The notes below the pieces were generated by a model. The model did no database searches, was not told the DNA's origin, and was given only the letters and a program-made list of their open reading frames with translations. The position numbers and the translations under genes are program-made. From Octopus sinensis (taxonomy: Eukaryota), in contig NC_043018.1 in the NCBI RefSeq assembly GCF_006345805.1, forward strand, positions 29,698,001 to 29,762,000: a DNA stretch of 64,000 bases, given 5' to 3'. How positions within the stretch are numbered: position 1 is the stretch's first letter; every line of letters begins with the position of its first letter. Positions 26,514 to 39,576 of this stretch are shown in pieces.

Positions 26514-28362
26514 ATATACATATACATACATACATAATATATACATATAAATATGGAAAGGCTCTCTAGCAAGTGTTCAATTATTTCATTTGAAAAGGAT
26601 TATTTCACTTGATCATTTCCAAAGCTCGCGCACCCGTTTCCCACCTACTATCCAGAAAAGGAATATTTAATAATATTTAATATTTTTTTCAATTTTTGTG
26701 GAGCATTCATATTATTCAGTTAGAATTCAGTTATTTTCATTTAATGTAATTATTTTTCGTTTAGAGCTGGTAACCAATGGAACAATTATAGGGGCTAATA
26801 TCATTGTAAAATCATAGTGCGAATATGCGAAAATTGATATAAATTTTGATTGTAAAAATGAGAGATTAAGTTATATGTAAAAATGCAAAATGAAATGCAC
26901 TGAAAATGAAATGCAACGAAACTGTAAATTTATTTGGCTATTGAGAGAAAACACTTCAAACTATATTATTAATTGGAATGTCATGAAAATCTCAAAGCCC
27001 TGTGAAAAAAGCTGTAACGATGTAAACCATGTGTAACGGAAAAATGTCATATTCTAAAAAAAAATTGTTGCGACTCGTACAATATTTAAATGTTAAATCT
27101 CTAGCTTTCAGCATTTACAAATATCGCGATGCTACAGTCGACATTCAGTGCATTACTTAGATGTTTTTTTCCATATGTAACTTGCTTCTCCTCTATGTGT
27201 AATGGACACGGAATTTGTATGTGAGTGCGTATGTGTGTGTATGAAAGTGTGAGAGAAAAAGAGAGAGAGGGAGGGAGGGAGAGAGAGAGAGGCAATACTT
27301 CGTGTGGATTAATTTTCAAATGTTTTCATGAAGAAAACAGAGATTATTCTATATGATGAGTAGAATGAACACAATTATGATATGTCAGATAAATATAAGC
27401 GCGGCGGTGATTTTGTGGTGAGAAGTTTGCATCCTAGCCACATCGGTCAAGGTTCACTCCTACTAAGTGGTATCTTGGGCTAATATCTTCTACTGTAGGT
27501 GCGGGCCGACCAAACCCTTCGAAGTTGATTTGATGGACAAAAACTGAAAGAAGTCTGTCATGTGAGTGTGTGTGTGTGTGTGCTTTTGTCTTTGTGTTTA
27601 TGCGTGTTCTGTCTACGCTTGTGCGTGTGTGTGTGCTTGTGTCTATGTTTGTCCCCACCACTGCTTGACAACCGGTGCTGGTTTGTTTACGCCCCTGTAA
27701 CATAGCTGTTCGGCAAATGAAACCAATGCAATAAGTATCACGCTTAAAGGAATATAAGTATTGACATCGAAATACAATTCTTCAAAGCAGTGCCCCAGCA
27801 TGTGAATAAAGTAAATGATAGCAGATAAAAACTATCAGGATCCTAAATTCCTTATGAAATTCAGCATTCTTCACACACCTGTGATTTAAATCACATCTAA
27901 TTTAAGAACAATGCTTAAAAAATAAAAGTACCCGTAACAGACCACATCGTAATGTTTATCATATAAATACCAATACGGATTAATGAAGAGTTTGTTCGCT
28001 GATATTATAAACAATACCAATGGCTCTTCTTTAGATTAATTCATCTAGGTGTTGGTGGCTGGTGGAGGTGCGTCGCTTAGTGGTTAGGGTGTTGGACTCA
28101 TGACCATAAGATTACAGTTTCATTCTTGGACTGGGCGGTGCGTTGTGTTTTTGAGCAAGACCCTTCATTTCATGTTGCTCCAGTCCACTCAGCTGGCGAA
28201 AGTGAAACAGGGAAACAGGGAATTTGTACTCTTCAGTAGGTGAGATATAAAGGGATAAAGGAAAATAAGCAAAAAAGACGCTTAAAATATATAGAGATGT
28301 TTCCCTTATTATTATTATTTAGATATTTGTATATTCATTCTCCCACTCACAATTATTTGAAT

Positions 28363-28433
<71 letters not shown>

Positions 28434-28541
28434 CACACACATATATATATATATACATATACATATACATTTACATATATATAAACATACATATACATAT
28501 ATATAAATATATCAATGTATGTATATATATTTATATATATA

Positions 28542-29125
28542 CAGGTGTAGGACAAAATGATGGACCACCGGCCGAGTATACGTGTGGAGATAACCGAAAG
28601 AAGCATTTGACCCAGATGGTCTTCTTCCAACTATTAAACATGGAGGAGTACCTGGGATGATCTGGGAGTGGCTATATCTGGGAAACCTGCCGGCCCAATA
28701 GTTTCCTTTCATGGCATAATTCCCAGTTAAGACTATTTGAGCATTTTATCTTATCAACTTCATCCTATGTTTGTTGAACTGTTTCCGGAGGGAGCCCTAT
28801 CTGTCAGAATGACAATACACTAATTGGGACAGCTAACGTTTTTACTGAATGGCACGAAGAACATTCTAGTGAAGTTGAATATCTTATCTGGCCACCACAG
28901 TCCCCAGATCTCAATATTATCGAACATTTATGGTGCATTTTGGAAAAACAAGTAAGGAGGCGATATCCTCCACTATCATCACAATAAAAATTGGAGAGTG
29001 TTTTAGCTGAAAAATGGACAAAATTCCTTTCTAAAGATTACAAACTTTATACGAGTCCATAACATATAGAATCTAAGCAGTAATTACTGCCAAAGGCGAT
29101 TGTACTCCTATTAAAATAAGTTAGT
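28542..29125 (+). mobile_element. Tc1-family transposon relic
   Basis: TA+CAGGTGTAGGACAAAA left end; PTIKHGG, QNDN and WPPQSPDLNIIEHLW motifs; internal deletion; right end overlapped by a SINE. Confidence 0.85.
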
Positions 29126-29127
29126 TT

Positions 29128-29288
29128 ACAACGGGCTTCTTTCAGTTTCCATTTACCATATCCACTCACAAGGTTTTGGTCGGCCTGAGGCTATAATAGA
29201 ATACACTTGCCCAAGGCGCCACGCATTGGGATTGAAGGGGAACCACGTGGTTGGTAAGCAAACTACTTACCACACAGCTACGCCTGTG
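29128..29288 (-). mobile_element. SINE 5' half (family of 20757)
   Basis: CTTCTTTCAGTTTCC...ACTTGCCCAAGG...CTTACCACACAGC. Confidence 0.8.
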
Positions 29289-29398
29289 CCTATATGTATT
29301 AATATTTTTATAAATATAAATATATATAGAAGTGTTTGTGTGTGCGTAATGTATATATATACAAATATGTGTATATATATATATATACATATACATAC

Positions 29399-29481
<83 letters not shown>

Positions 29482-29489
<8 letters not shown>

Positions 29490-30268
29490 CAACAATTGAG
29501 GGTAAAATTAATTAATTATTAATCAATTTCACCAAGTATTCAGTATGTAAAGGGACCATTATAGGCGAATTCAAAATATTACATTATATATAAGGGCTTA
29601 GTAAAATAAATTACTTTGCCACATACTGAACTCATTAGAAATAGCAGCTAAAGAAATTTCTTCAGCTATTTCTAATACTTAAAGAAGATCTCTCTCAGAT
29701 AGTGCTTGCCTAAACCAACTCACAAAAGTATGGGGGAAAAAAACATTAAAAAATCAAGTGCAAAGGTTATTTGAGAACGTACGTTTCTAGATTAGTCAAT
29801 TCGACATTTCTTTCTTCAGCTCAGAATTCCTTGAATCGGATTTGGGAACACTGAAAGTCGGGAGCACACCCTTTCGGCTTCTAATCACCTCTAGAATTCT
29901 GCTCGAACTAAAAGTGCTATCAAATTCGAATATGCAAGCGAAGAATTTCTGCTCTCCCCTTTCCACCAGCGTGGGTTAAAATTGACAAACACCATGTATT
30001 AACGGTGAAAACCGCACCATTTAGCAGAGAGAGATGAATTATAATTTCAACAATTGAGGGTAAAATTAATTAATTATTAATCAATTTCACCAAGTATTCA
30101 GTATGTAAAGGGACCATTATAGGCGAATTCAAAATATTACATTATATATAAGGGCTTAGTAAAATAAATTACTTTGCCACATACTGAACTCATTAGAAAT
30201 AGCAGCTAAAGAAATTTCTTCAGCTATTTCTAATACTTAAAGAAGATCTCTCTCAGATAGTGCTTGCC

Positions 30269-30270
<2 letters not shown>
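29482..30270 (-). mobile_element. Retrozyme/pLTR-like partial tandem array (558 bp unit, 1.4 copies)
   Basis: 29482-29712 repeated essentially identically at 30040-30270; HHR at 29769-29827; (TA)n on both flanks; no ORF. Confidence 0.8.
29769..29827 (-). ncRNA. Type I hammerhead ribozyme motif
   Basis: Minus strand AUU(C)UGAG-CUGAAGA-AAGAAAUGUC GAAUU GACUAAUCUA-GAAAC GUAC GUU^CUCAAAU; palindromic stem III ACGUACGU; A-A mismatch at the base of stem II. Confidence 0.72.
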
Positions 30271-30311
<41 letters not shown>

Positions 30312-30410
30312 CTGGAGTAAACACATAAATGTGAAACAAGGTGGAAAATAGAGTACTCAAATACCAGGGGTAGAGTAATATGCTTTATTTAAAAGCAGCA
30401 GAAATTCAAC

Positions 30411-30457
30411 AAAACCTGTTACTCTGAGTTTCACGTTCCCGTTCGTCGGAAAGTTTT
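30411..30457 (-). ncRNA. Type I hammerhead motif, U4C variant (mirror copy)
   Basis: AAAACUUU-CCGACGA-ACG GGAA CGU-GAAAC UCAGA GUA^ACAGGUUUU; perfect GNRA-capped stem II, one stem I mismatch. Confidence 0.65.
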
Positions 30458-30480
30458 TGTTAAACAGTTTTTGTTTAACA

Positions 30481-30527
30481 AAAACTGTCCGACGAACAGG
30501 AACGTGAAACTCAGAGTAACAGGTTTT
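30481..30527 (+). ncRNA. Type I hammerhead motif, U4C variant
   Basis: AAAACUGU-CCGACGA-ACAGGAACGU-GAAAC UCAGA GUA^ACAGGUUUU. Confidence 0.65.
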
Positions 30528-30651
30528 GTTGAATTCTGCTGTTTTTAAATATAGTATATATATATATACATATATATATATGTATTTATATACACATATA
30601 TGTATTTATACACGTATATATGTAATGTGTGTGTGCATGTGTGTATGTGTA

Positions 30652-30749
<98 letters not shown>

Positions 30750-31270
30750 TGTATGTTTGTATCTGTGTGTATGTGTGTGTTTGTGAGCGCATGTTTGTAT
30801 CTGTGTGTTTGAGTGCGTTTGTATGTGTGTGTGCGTGTGTGTATTTGTGCTTGTGTGCGTGCAGAAACACGTGAGCTCCAAATTTTAACGAAAGGCTTTT
30901 GTTTCACTAAACGCCTCAGTGGACCTCCCTTCGCCGGTCTTTAATCTGAAAACAGTCACCTTGACGCACAACGGAAATCTCGTAGAAGACCAACCACCGT
31001 ACTGGAATCTATTGGCTATTCACAGAGGGAATTAATTGTTGTGTTATATAGGTAAGAATCTAAACGCTATTAACCATGACATCTAGACAATTCGACTTGT
31101 TTGTCTAGTTAGTCTTTCTTTGAATTTTCTTCGCACACCATAAGCGCCATTTCAACGAATTAATCAGTTCGAAAGAGCTGTTCACTGATTTCATTACAAG
31201 GGTTGTAAGCTTCACACATACAGATAAATGCATCGTACACATACATACATAAACATACACACGGGTCAAG

Positions 31271-31351
<81 letters not shown>

Positions 31352-31653
31352 AATCTATCTATCTATCTATGACGCTTCCTTTCTTCTTACCACTCATTGT
31401 TTCTGCCTGTCAATCGATCTACACCTTTGGTTCTCCCTCCCCCTCTTTCTTTTTTATTTATTTCTTTCTTTTATTCTGCCTGCATGACTGCGCACATATA
31501 TGGATGGCGTAGAGCTTAATTAATAACAAGAGCAAAATGAGTAATATATATTTTGACTTATATATATATATAGAGAGAGAGAGAAACAGACAGACAGAGA
31601 GAGGTTATGGTGTCTGTGAGACCCAAAGGTGTCAGGTAATGCTGAATAACTGC

Positions 31654-32035
31654 TATGGAGAGACCATAGTTCAGTTCCAGATTCGGTGATTATGCGAATA
31701 AAGGTTCTAACGTAGGTCATATATCAGTGTGTGTATATAATTCTTTTCCGTAATGAGATATAAGACCAAGGTTGTGCAGATTTTAGAACCTTTATAAATA
31801 GGTCTTACAGCTGTTTCTAGCATGTATTTATTATATCCCTCCGGTGAAGGGATATAATAAATATCCTAGAAACCGCTGTAAGACCTTCTATTTATAAATG
31901 TTCTAAAATCTACACAGCCTTGGTTTTCTATCTCATTACGGAAAAAAAAATTATATACACACGCTGATATATGACCTACGTTAGACCCCTTATTCGCATA
32001 ATCACCGAGTCTGGAAGTGAACTATGGTCTCCATA
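31654..32035. mobile_element. Long diverged fold-back centred on an HHR core
   Basis: ~185 bp arms with scattered mismatches and indels, loop CCGGTGA 31841-47; both arms carry stem II-GAAAC-NGCT-GTA-AGACC. Confidence 0.8.
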
Positions 32036-32198
32036 TATATATATAAGATGCTTGCTGCCCAACCACATAGCTCTGGGGTCAGTCCCACTGCATGACACCT
32101 TGGGCAAGGGTCTTCCTCTATAGTTTCAGGCCGACCAAATCCTTGTGAGTGAATTTGGTAGAAAAACTCAATGCCCGTCGTATGTATATATATATATG

Positions 32199-32232
<34 letters not shown>

Positions 32233-32288
32233 CCTGTGTGTTAGTCAAGCGACTTAAACAACTAGAGGAATAAAAGAATATATATATG

Positions 32289-32329
<41 letters not shown>

Positions 32330-32694
32330 GTGTGTGTGTGTATGTGTATTGATAGATTTTATGTACCAGCTTCCAAGAATGAGGTTAATATATGAATTGG
32401 CATACCCAATAACTTTACACCGCTATGGTTAGTGGCTATTTAAGCAATGTGTTCGGAGATGATTAATGGGTTAAATGGGTGCTGATGAAGAGGCAACAAA
32501 AACCCCGAAATATGGCATGTATAACCAGTACCGATTTTTTTTATCTTCGATCACATTGTTTGAATTTGACGTCTCGTATACGAAACGTGGTAACGAAAGT
32601 CTGTCCGAGCTATAAGTGCTATAGAATATCTGTCGAAATAACCATAACAAAATAATATATATAATACATAATAATGAAAATAATAATTATAATT

Positions 32695-32734
<40 letters not shown>

Positions 32735-33004
32735 GGTTATATAGATATTGATATAGGTCTATAGTTATATAGCGTAGTAGCTCTCGGGTATATTACCAAG
32801 TAACTATGCTGTATTAGCAACAGTAACATTTTAGGAAATTGATGAAGTATCAATCTCTGAATTCTTTGTATTTATTTGAAATATATATGTACTAGGCTTA
32901 ACTGAAAACAATTACTGGCGTCGATTCATTCGGCTTATATTTTTCAAGGCGCTACTCCAACATGGCCGCAAAAAAGATAAGAGAAGATATATGTATATAT
33001 ATAT

Positions 33005-33034
<30 letters not shown>

Positions 33035-33036
<2 letters not shown>

Positions 33037-33049
33037 GATAGATAGATAA

Positions 33050-33139
<90 letters not shown>

Positions 33140-33232
33140 GGATAGATAGATAGATAGATAGATAGATAGACAGATAGATGGATAGATAGATAGATAGATA
33201 GATAGACAGATAGATAGATGGATAGATAGATA
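33035..33232. repeat. (GATA)n array flanking the LINE 3' end
   Basis: Direct reading. Confidence 0.95.
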
Positions 33233-33595
33233 TCTTTCTTTTATTAGCCACACAGGGCTGAATACAGAGGGGACAAATACAAATGCAGAGCTTTTCTTTT
33301 CGAGGGTGGAAAAAAAAAGAAAATAAATGTAAGATTGCGATCAAAAGGGATCGAGAGGAGGAAAAACAAGAAAAGAAATCGTGTATCACAGAAATAATGA
33401 TAAAAACATTGATAAAACAAGATTGGGTTCATCCGTGGGAAGAAAAGCCTACAGAAAAGACCACGGGAACCTCAGTCAGGGAGGAAATAACCACATGAGA
33501 TCAAAATGCTCTCTTTCTTTCTTTTTTACGATCTACAGGATCATGCTCAAAATGGTTTCGTCACTCGCACGCACCATCTTTGCAACATTCACCCA

Positions 33596-36440
33596 TCATT
33601 TTTTGAATCTTTCGCGAGACAAAACTTCCCTCTCCATTCTCACCTTCCTTTTAAAGTGGTACTTGATAAAGTTGATGAGCGATTGGCCAGAGAGGTAAGT
33701 GTTTGTCTCTAATCCTTTCGCTCGGGTCCACCACACACATTCTTTCACCATGGCCACCAGTACGATGAAAACTGCCTTGCCTTCCCGGTTGAGGGAAGGG
33801 GGCGGAGCAATTCTGACGATAGACTCGGCTGATAGGCGGATTCGTCCCACACGTGACAGCAGCCGTTCGGCATAAGCCCACAGGTCTGAAATGGTTGGAC
33901 ATTGCACGAGTGCGTGCAGAACGGTTTCGTCGCTCTGACCGCATCTCGGGCAAGTCGGTCCAGTGTGTCTGGAACCGTGTCTGTAGAGCTTATCCCAAAC
34001 AGGTAATGCTTCTCGATAGCACTGCCAGGCCAGGTATCTTTGGTGATTGTTCATAGGTCCCGGCCCGAAAGTTGTCCTGAACAGGCGGGTCAGGTGTTCC
34101 TCGTCGACGCCCAGACTCTGCCCGAGTTCGTCGTCGCACCTCCCCACCCCCACTAATCCTCTATAGAATGCCTTTGTTATGATGGAGTCGCAAAAGTTCG
34201 ATCCCGGACGGCAGAGTTGCTTGAGAGCAACGCGACACTCGCGGTGCCATTCACCTAGCCTCGGTTTCTGCTTGATCCATGACTGTAGTTCGTCCAAGGA
34301 GACGAGCTGCGGGAAAGCGCGCCGCACAAAAGGCGACCACACCTGTTCACCGTTGTCTATGAAGCGCCGGAGATGTCGCAGTCTCAGCGCATGTCTGCGC
34401 ATCATCAACCACGGCATGCCCAGCCCTCCATTTAGCGGGTGTTGACAGCAAATGGATCGCCTAACCATCGGAACGTTTCCCTTCCACAAGAAGCGGAAGA
34501 GTATACGTTCCAGTTTGGTGATGGTAGGGTCGGGACAAGGCACGACGGTCAGACGATACTCGATGACGGATGCGATGTACGCGTTCGCCACCTCCGCCCG
34601 ACCTATTAAGGATAGCTTTCTCTCAGCCCATTTCTGGGTGAGAGTAGCCACCCTAGTCGTTATCTCGCCCCAGTTCTTCTCCATTTGGAGGTCCGGACCG
34701 AACCAGACCCCGAGCAATTTAACCGGTCCGTCCGTCCAGCGTCCCACGATGGAGACGCAGTTGGACGGCATAGGCCTGCTTCTCCAGGTGCCGAGCCGCA
34801 AGCCCACTGATTTTTCCCGGTTAATTTTTGCTCCCGTTACCGCTTCGTATTCTTTTAGGGTCTCGCCGACCAGCTCGATGTGCTCGTCATCCACGTATGC
34901 AGACATGCTCCTCTTGCATCCCAGATCTCGTGGGATGCCCCTCAGCGTCGCCAGTTTCCGCAGTAGTGGCTCAAGAGTCAATACATGCAGCAGCGATGAG
35001 AGGGGGCATCCCTGACGAACCGAACGCATGATAGATGACCATTTACGCGAACTACTGAGCGGATGCCGCTGTATAAGGCAGCGATCCAACCGCGGAAAAC
35101 TGGACCGAAACCAGCCGCTTTAAGGACAGCCTCCTAGTAGTGATGGTCTACCCTATCGAAATCTTTTGATTGATCCAAATTGATCAGCGCCCAAATTGAT
35201 CCAAATTGATCAGCGCATGCAGGTAGGCACTAAAGTCCACTCTGCGTTCTGACCGACCACTTGTCCCAAACACTTGGGTGAAGTGTTGTTGAAAAGCCCC
35301 ACACATCCTTTTAGGCTCGAGCAATTCGCGCCCCTGTACATCTATAAGAGACTTGATGGTGGCTCTGTTGCCTCGTTGCGTCTCCCTACTCGGGCCTCTG
35401 GGCGGCTCCACTCCTTCGTTCCTCAGAGACGCATCCTAGCTCTGACAACGCATCCCTCGTGTTTGGCGTTGAGGTGTTGGTCGAGGGCCAATCTCGCCGC
35501 CAGCACGTTGGACGCGATGCCAGTTCTAAGTGCCTCTTCTAAAACCTTAACTATTCTCCCTCTATTCTATTTCGGTCTAATGCTAGGGCTTTACTGTATC
35601 TGACTGATTCTGCTTTAATTGCTTTTTTAGGGCATACCACCATCTGTTGTTGATGATGGTACCCGTCAAAGCTCTCTCTTAACTAATGTGGCTGATCCGG
35701 TCCCTGTAAACCTGTCGTGCTGTAAAAGACGCGTTCAGTTTCGAGTACCCAGGACCCTGCCTATGTGTCTTATCTAAGTCAAGTGTACAAGTCACAAACT
35801 TGTGATCTGTGTAACTGACTATATGAAATTGTGGACAACCTACACTATTTTTATCTATTGTCCTACAGAATACTCTATCTAAGTATGATCTGGACGACCC
35901 GATGCGGTTACTCCATGTCCACATTGGCACATTCGGGTGGTCCAGTCGGTACCTGTCAGACAGTTGGAAACGTCTGAGCAGGTCTTTGAGGCATTTGCAT
36001 CCCCTTCTATTGCTATCTCAGTCCACGTAGTCTAGATGCGTGTCCAGGGTGGCATTCCAATCCCCCACTAAAAGTAAAGTACGAGACGTTCCCATGAAAG
36101 ACGTCGAAAGAAATCTGGTCGGCCTGTTAAGGACGGAGCATAAACTGCTATCAGTCGAAAAGCACACTCATTGCTGCCATCGACATCCAAAACGACCAGC
36201 CTACCCTCCGGGTCTAGGAAAATTGCTCTTACTTTGAGATCCAGACTCTTCCGGAGAAGCACCGCGGTGCCACCTCCGCCCATTCTCGGTAGACACGGAG
36301 AAAAATAAATGTTGACATGTGTACCGAAACTGTGCTGGAGTGCCCGCAAGCTGTGGAGTCTGGTCTCACTGATGGCTCTGTATTCAGATTTAGTGACTTG
36401 ATTGATGATCATTTAACAGGTAGCCTTGTTTCCAAGGCGA
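33596..36440 (-). pseudogene. Tx1-like ORF2 (APE endonuclease, RT, C-terminal zinc finger), frameshifted and internally deleted
   Basis: ISETR, GGTAVLL, DPEGRLV, YAP, LDRVF, TDH (EN); LINLDQSKDFDRVDH, VRQGCPLS, SAYVDD (RT); CPRCGQSDETVLHALVQC. Confidence 0.9.
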
Positions 36441-36599
36441 CCCAAGCCACGTACATTTATACTGCCTATTCTGAGCATGTTCCGATTAAAATTGTGTTTT
36501 ACACACGAAAAGAAAGTGCAAAAAAGAAAAGAGAGAGAGAAAAGGTTACTTGTTCGAAAGTCCTTTGTTTTTCACCTCACAGTCTTCTTCCATGAGGTT

Positions 36600-38809
36600 T
36601 TTGTATAGTTTCTTTGATGAATACTTTTGAAATCTCCCTACTGCATCAGGGTAAAGAGATTCCAGGGTGCTGTATGTGTTCTGTTACGTGTATTATTTTA
36701 ATGTGTTGTGGTGGTGTTGTGCGTGGGTGGTTACTTGTTTTTATGTCGTTTTCGGTTATGTTGGTGTTTGACCTGTGTTCCATTAGGTCGTGGTTATTTG
36801 TGTTTATGGCTGTCAGCATTGTTGGGGGGTTTGATGATGGTGTGTTTGTGTTGATGTGTTGTTTTCTGTGGATGTTTTTTTTCGGGATGTGAATCTTCCT
36901 GCTTTGTTGTTATCTTTCTTTCTTTTTTTTTTCCCCTTTTTCTTCTCCTCCCTGTGGCTATTTGCCAATCTTCTGTGTCTTCTTCGTCTAATGACAAATT
37001 AGAGGAATCAGAGCTTGAAAGGGAAAATATTGGGGTCTATTGTAGATTGTGTTGATTTTGCTGTTGGTGTTGGTTGGTGAGCGTTAGGTTGTGGTGTATG
37101 CGGTTTTGGAGGTGGGGTGTGGGTATTTTGTGTTTGAGTGATTCTAGTATTGTTGTGTTGTTTGGGGTGTCAATTTGTGGGGATTTGGAGTAGTAATTGT
37201 TTCTTCTTCATTTTCGATGAGTGTCTTTTTGGCAGATGTCCTTGGTTTGGGAGTTGGTTTATTCTTGGTTGTTGTTGTTGTGGTTGTGCTTCTGTTCTTG
37301 GTGCAGTTGGTGTGGTTGTTTGTTGGTGAGGTGTTTTTTGTTGATTTTCTATGATTAGTCCTGTTCGTGCAAAACGTGGTGTGGGTAGTAAAGCTGGTTT
37401 ATTTGTTTTTTCCGGCTGCTGTTGTTTTCTTGCGGCAGATTTGCAATCTTTTTTTAGGTGTTGCTCACTGCCGCATATGTAGCAACGTGGTCTTCTGCCA
37501 TCGTCGACCACATACAACTTTTGGTCTTCTGATACACATATCTGGGTGGGTATTTTCTTTATGTCCTCTTGGTTTATATGTAGTAGAAATTCTACTTTTT
37601 CCCACCCAGTTTTTGTGTTCCGTGACCGTAGTTTCTAAAATTATGAAATCTTCCATTTTCACACATAAGGCCTTTACTAGCCATAGATTGTTCGCTATTT
37701 TTTGGACATTGTTTAAAGTGACCTTAGTCACTTTCTGTCCACGATAGCTTGGTGTTAGTTGCAGTTCATCTGAATGAAGAGTTAGCGTTGAGAAACGTCT
37801 TGCTAACTCTTCCGTGTGGAAGACCACTTGTATGTTTGCGAACTTGTTCCACCAGGTCACATACTCTTTGTAGTTCCAGATGGGTTTCAAGCATTTTTCG
37901 ATTTTGCTTGTGTTAGCCTTCTCTGGACATTTTGTTTTCTTATTAATTATTTTATATATATTGTTCTTTTTTTTATTTTCTAATTTTCTTTGTGGTATGT
38001 TTATTTTTACTATACCATCTACTTCCGTTATTAATGTCCGTGTCTTTTATTTGTTGTGCAGTAACATGTATGTGTTTGTTTTTTTTTTCTTTTATCGCCT
38101 CGGCGAAATTTGTTGTTGTTTTGTTATTGTTTGCTGGTGGTGATGTTTTTTGTGTTGGCTGCAGTTGGTAAAATCGGTGTATTTGGTTTGATTGTGCAAG
38201 TAGGAAGGGGTGGAAATTACTTGCATATTTTCCCTGTATTCAGCAGCTTTTGTCAATTTGTTTGGTGGTCACAGTCTTTTGTTTATTCCCTCAGTTCTTG
38301 TTGTTGGAGGAGACAAGGTCTGAACGGGATTGTTTTTTGTTGTTATTGTTGTTTTTGTTGTTGGTGTTGGCGGTGGTGTCAGTGGCAGAAGAGACAGCCG
38401 TGGCAGCAGATGTCGAAATGGTGTTATTCTTGTTGTCATTGTTATTGTTGTTGTTGTTGTTGGTAGTTGAGGTAGTGGATGAGGTGGCGGTGGTGGTGGT
38501 GGTGGAGGCGGTGGTGGTAGCAGTAGTAGTCTTGTTGTTGTTGTTGTTAGTGGTGGTGGTGACAGTGCTGTTATCGCAAGTGGTTGCAGCGTTCACTGCC
38601 ATGTCATTCAGGCTTGCACTTTGCGTGCATGAGTTCTTTTTTTCTTCTCCTAGCGTTTCCAGACTAGGAGAATGTTGGTCGGTAAAGGAACGCGACCAGC
38701 GTTCTACAATACAATTTCTCGACAGTTTCGAAATGTCGAGAAAATTACACAAATTAAATAGGGTTGAAACTGCCCCTAGGGGCGAATTCCTCCTTGGAAA
38801 AGCACTCAA
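36600..38809 (-). pseudogene. Tx1-like ORF1 (gag-like) with Thr/Asn low-complexity N-terminus
   Basis: ORFs 38291-38809, 37465-37890 and 37170-37517; CYICGSEQHLKKDC (CX2CX4HX4C). The 3' boundary is approximate. Confidence 0.75.
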
Positions 38810-38918
38810 ACAAAAGTTGGGTGCCTTACAATACCTTATTTACAAAAATGTACAAAAATATGGGCTATAAATAGTCAAAATAACGATTACCTTCGGAGCC
38901 GAAGTGACAGCACGTCCG

Positions 38919-39077
38919 TAGATAGATATAGAGATAGATAGATAGATAGATAGATAGATTAGATAGATAGATAGAAGATGATAGATAGATATAGGAATAG
39001 ATAGATAGATAGAGAGATAGATAGATAGATAGAATAGATAGATAGATAGATAGATAGACAGATAGATAGACAGATAA

Positions 39078-39147
<70 letters not shown>

Positions 39148-39290
39148 GATAGATAGATAGAAGATAGATAGATAGATAGATAGACAGATAGATAATAGAT
39201 AGATAGATAGAGTAGATAGATAGATAGATAAGATAGATAGATGATAGATAGATAGATAGATATTAGAAAGATAGATAGATAGACAGATAA
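38919..39290. repeat. (GATA)n array flanking the LINE 5' end
   Basis: Direct reading. Confidence 0.95.
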
Positions 39291-39515
39291 AAAATTTTAA
39301 AAATTGGACATAAACGCAAAACAAAGGAACCAACAAAATATCCAAACAAACAGAACGATCAAGGAAAACAAAGACGGATTCTTTTGGAGTTTTCTTTCCT
39401 AGTCGATTTCCAGATTATCTTTTCAATTTCGGCTGGTTATACTCGAGATGCTCCAATCAGGCCAGCGCCAAAGAAAAACTCTAAGCCTATATATATATAT
39501 ATATATATATATCTA

Positions 39516-39576
<61 letters not shown>

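Larger units (their letters stand above)
30311..30550. mobile_element. Head-to-head fold-back carrying two HHR motifs (CCGACGA core variant)
   Basis: ~80 bp arms 30387-30466 / 30472-30550, 5 nt loop; HHR folds at 30411-30457 (minus) and 30481-30527 (plus). Confidence 0.8.
33233..38918 (-). mobile_element. L1/Tx1-clade LINE, apparently both ends present, frame-disrupted, inserted in (GATA)n
   Basis: ORF1 with zinc knuckle; APE endonuclease; RT; C-terminal CCHC motif; A-rich 3' end; (GATA)n on both sides. Confidence 0.9.

Noticed and set aside
29634-29676. CTGAAGA inside an 11 bp stem (also at 30192-30234)
   Set aside because: No GAAA/NUH in the required place; it is a near-perfect palindromic hairpin within the 558 bp unit.
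38860-38918. Possible HDV-like ribozyme at the Tx1 5' end
   Set aside because: Only a CTTCGG/CCGAAG hairpin; no nested pseudoknot visible.
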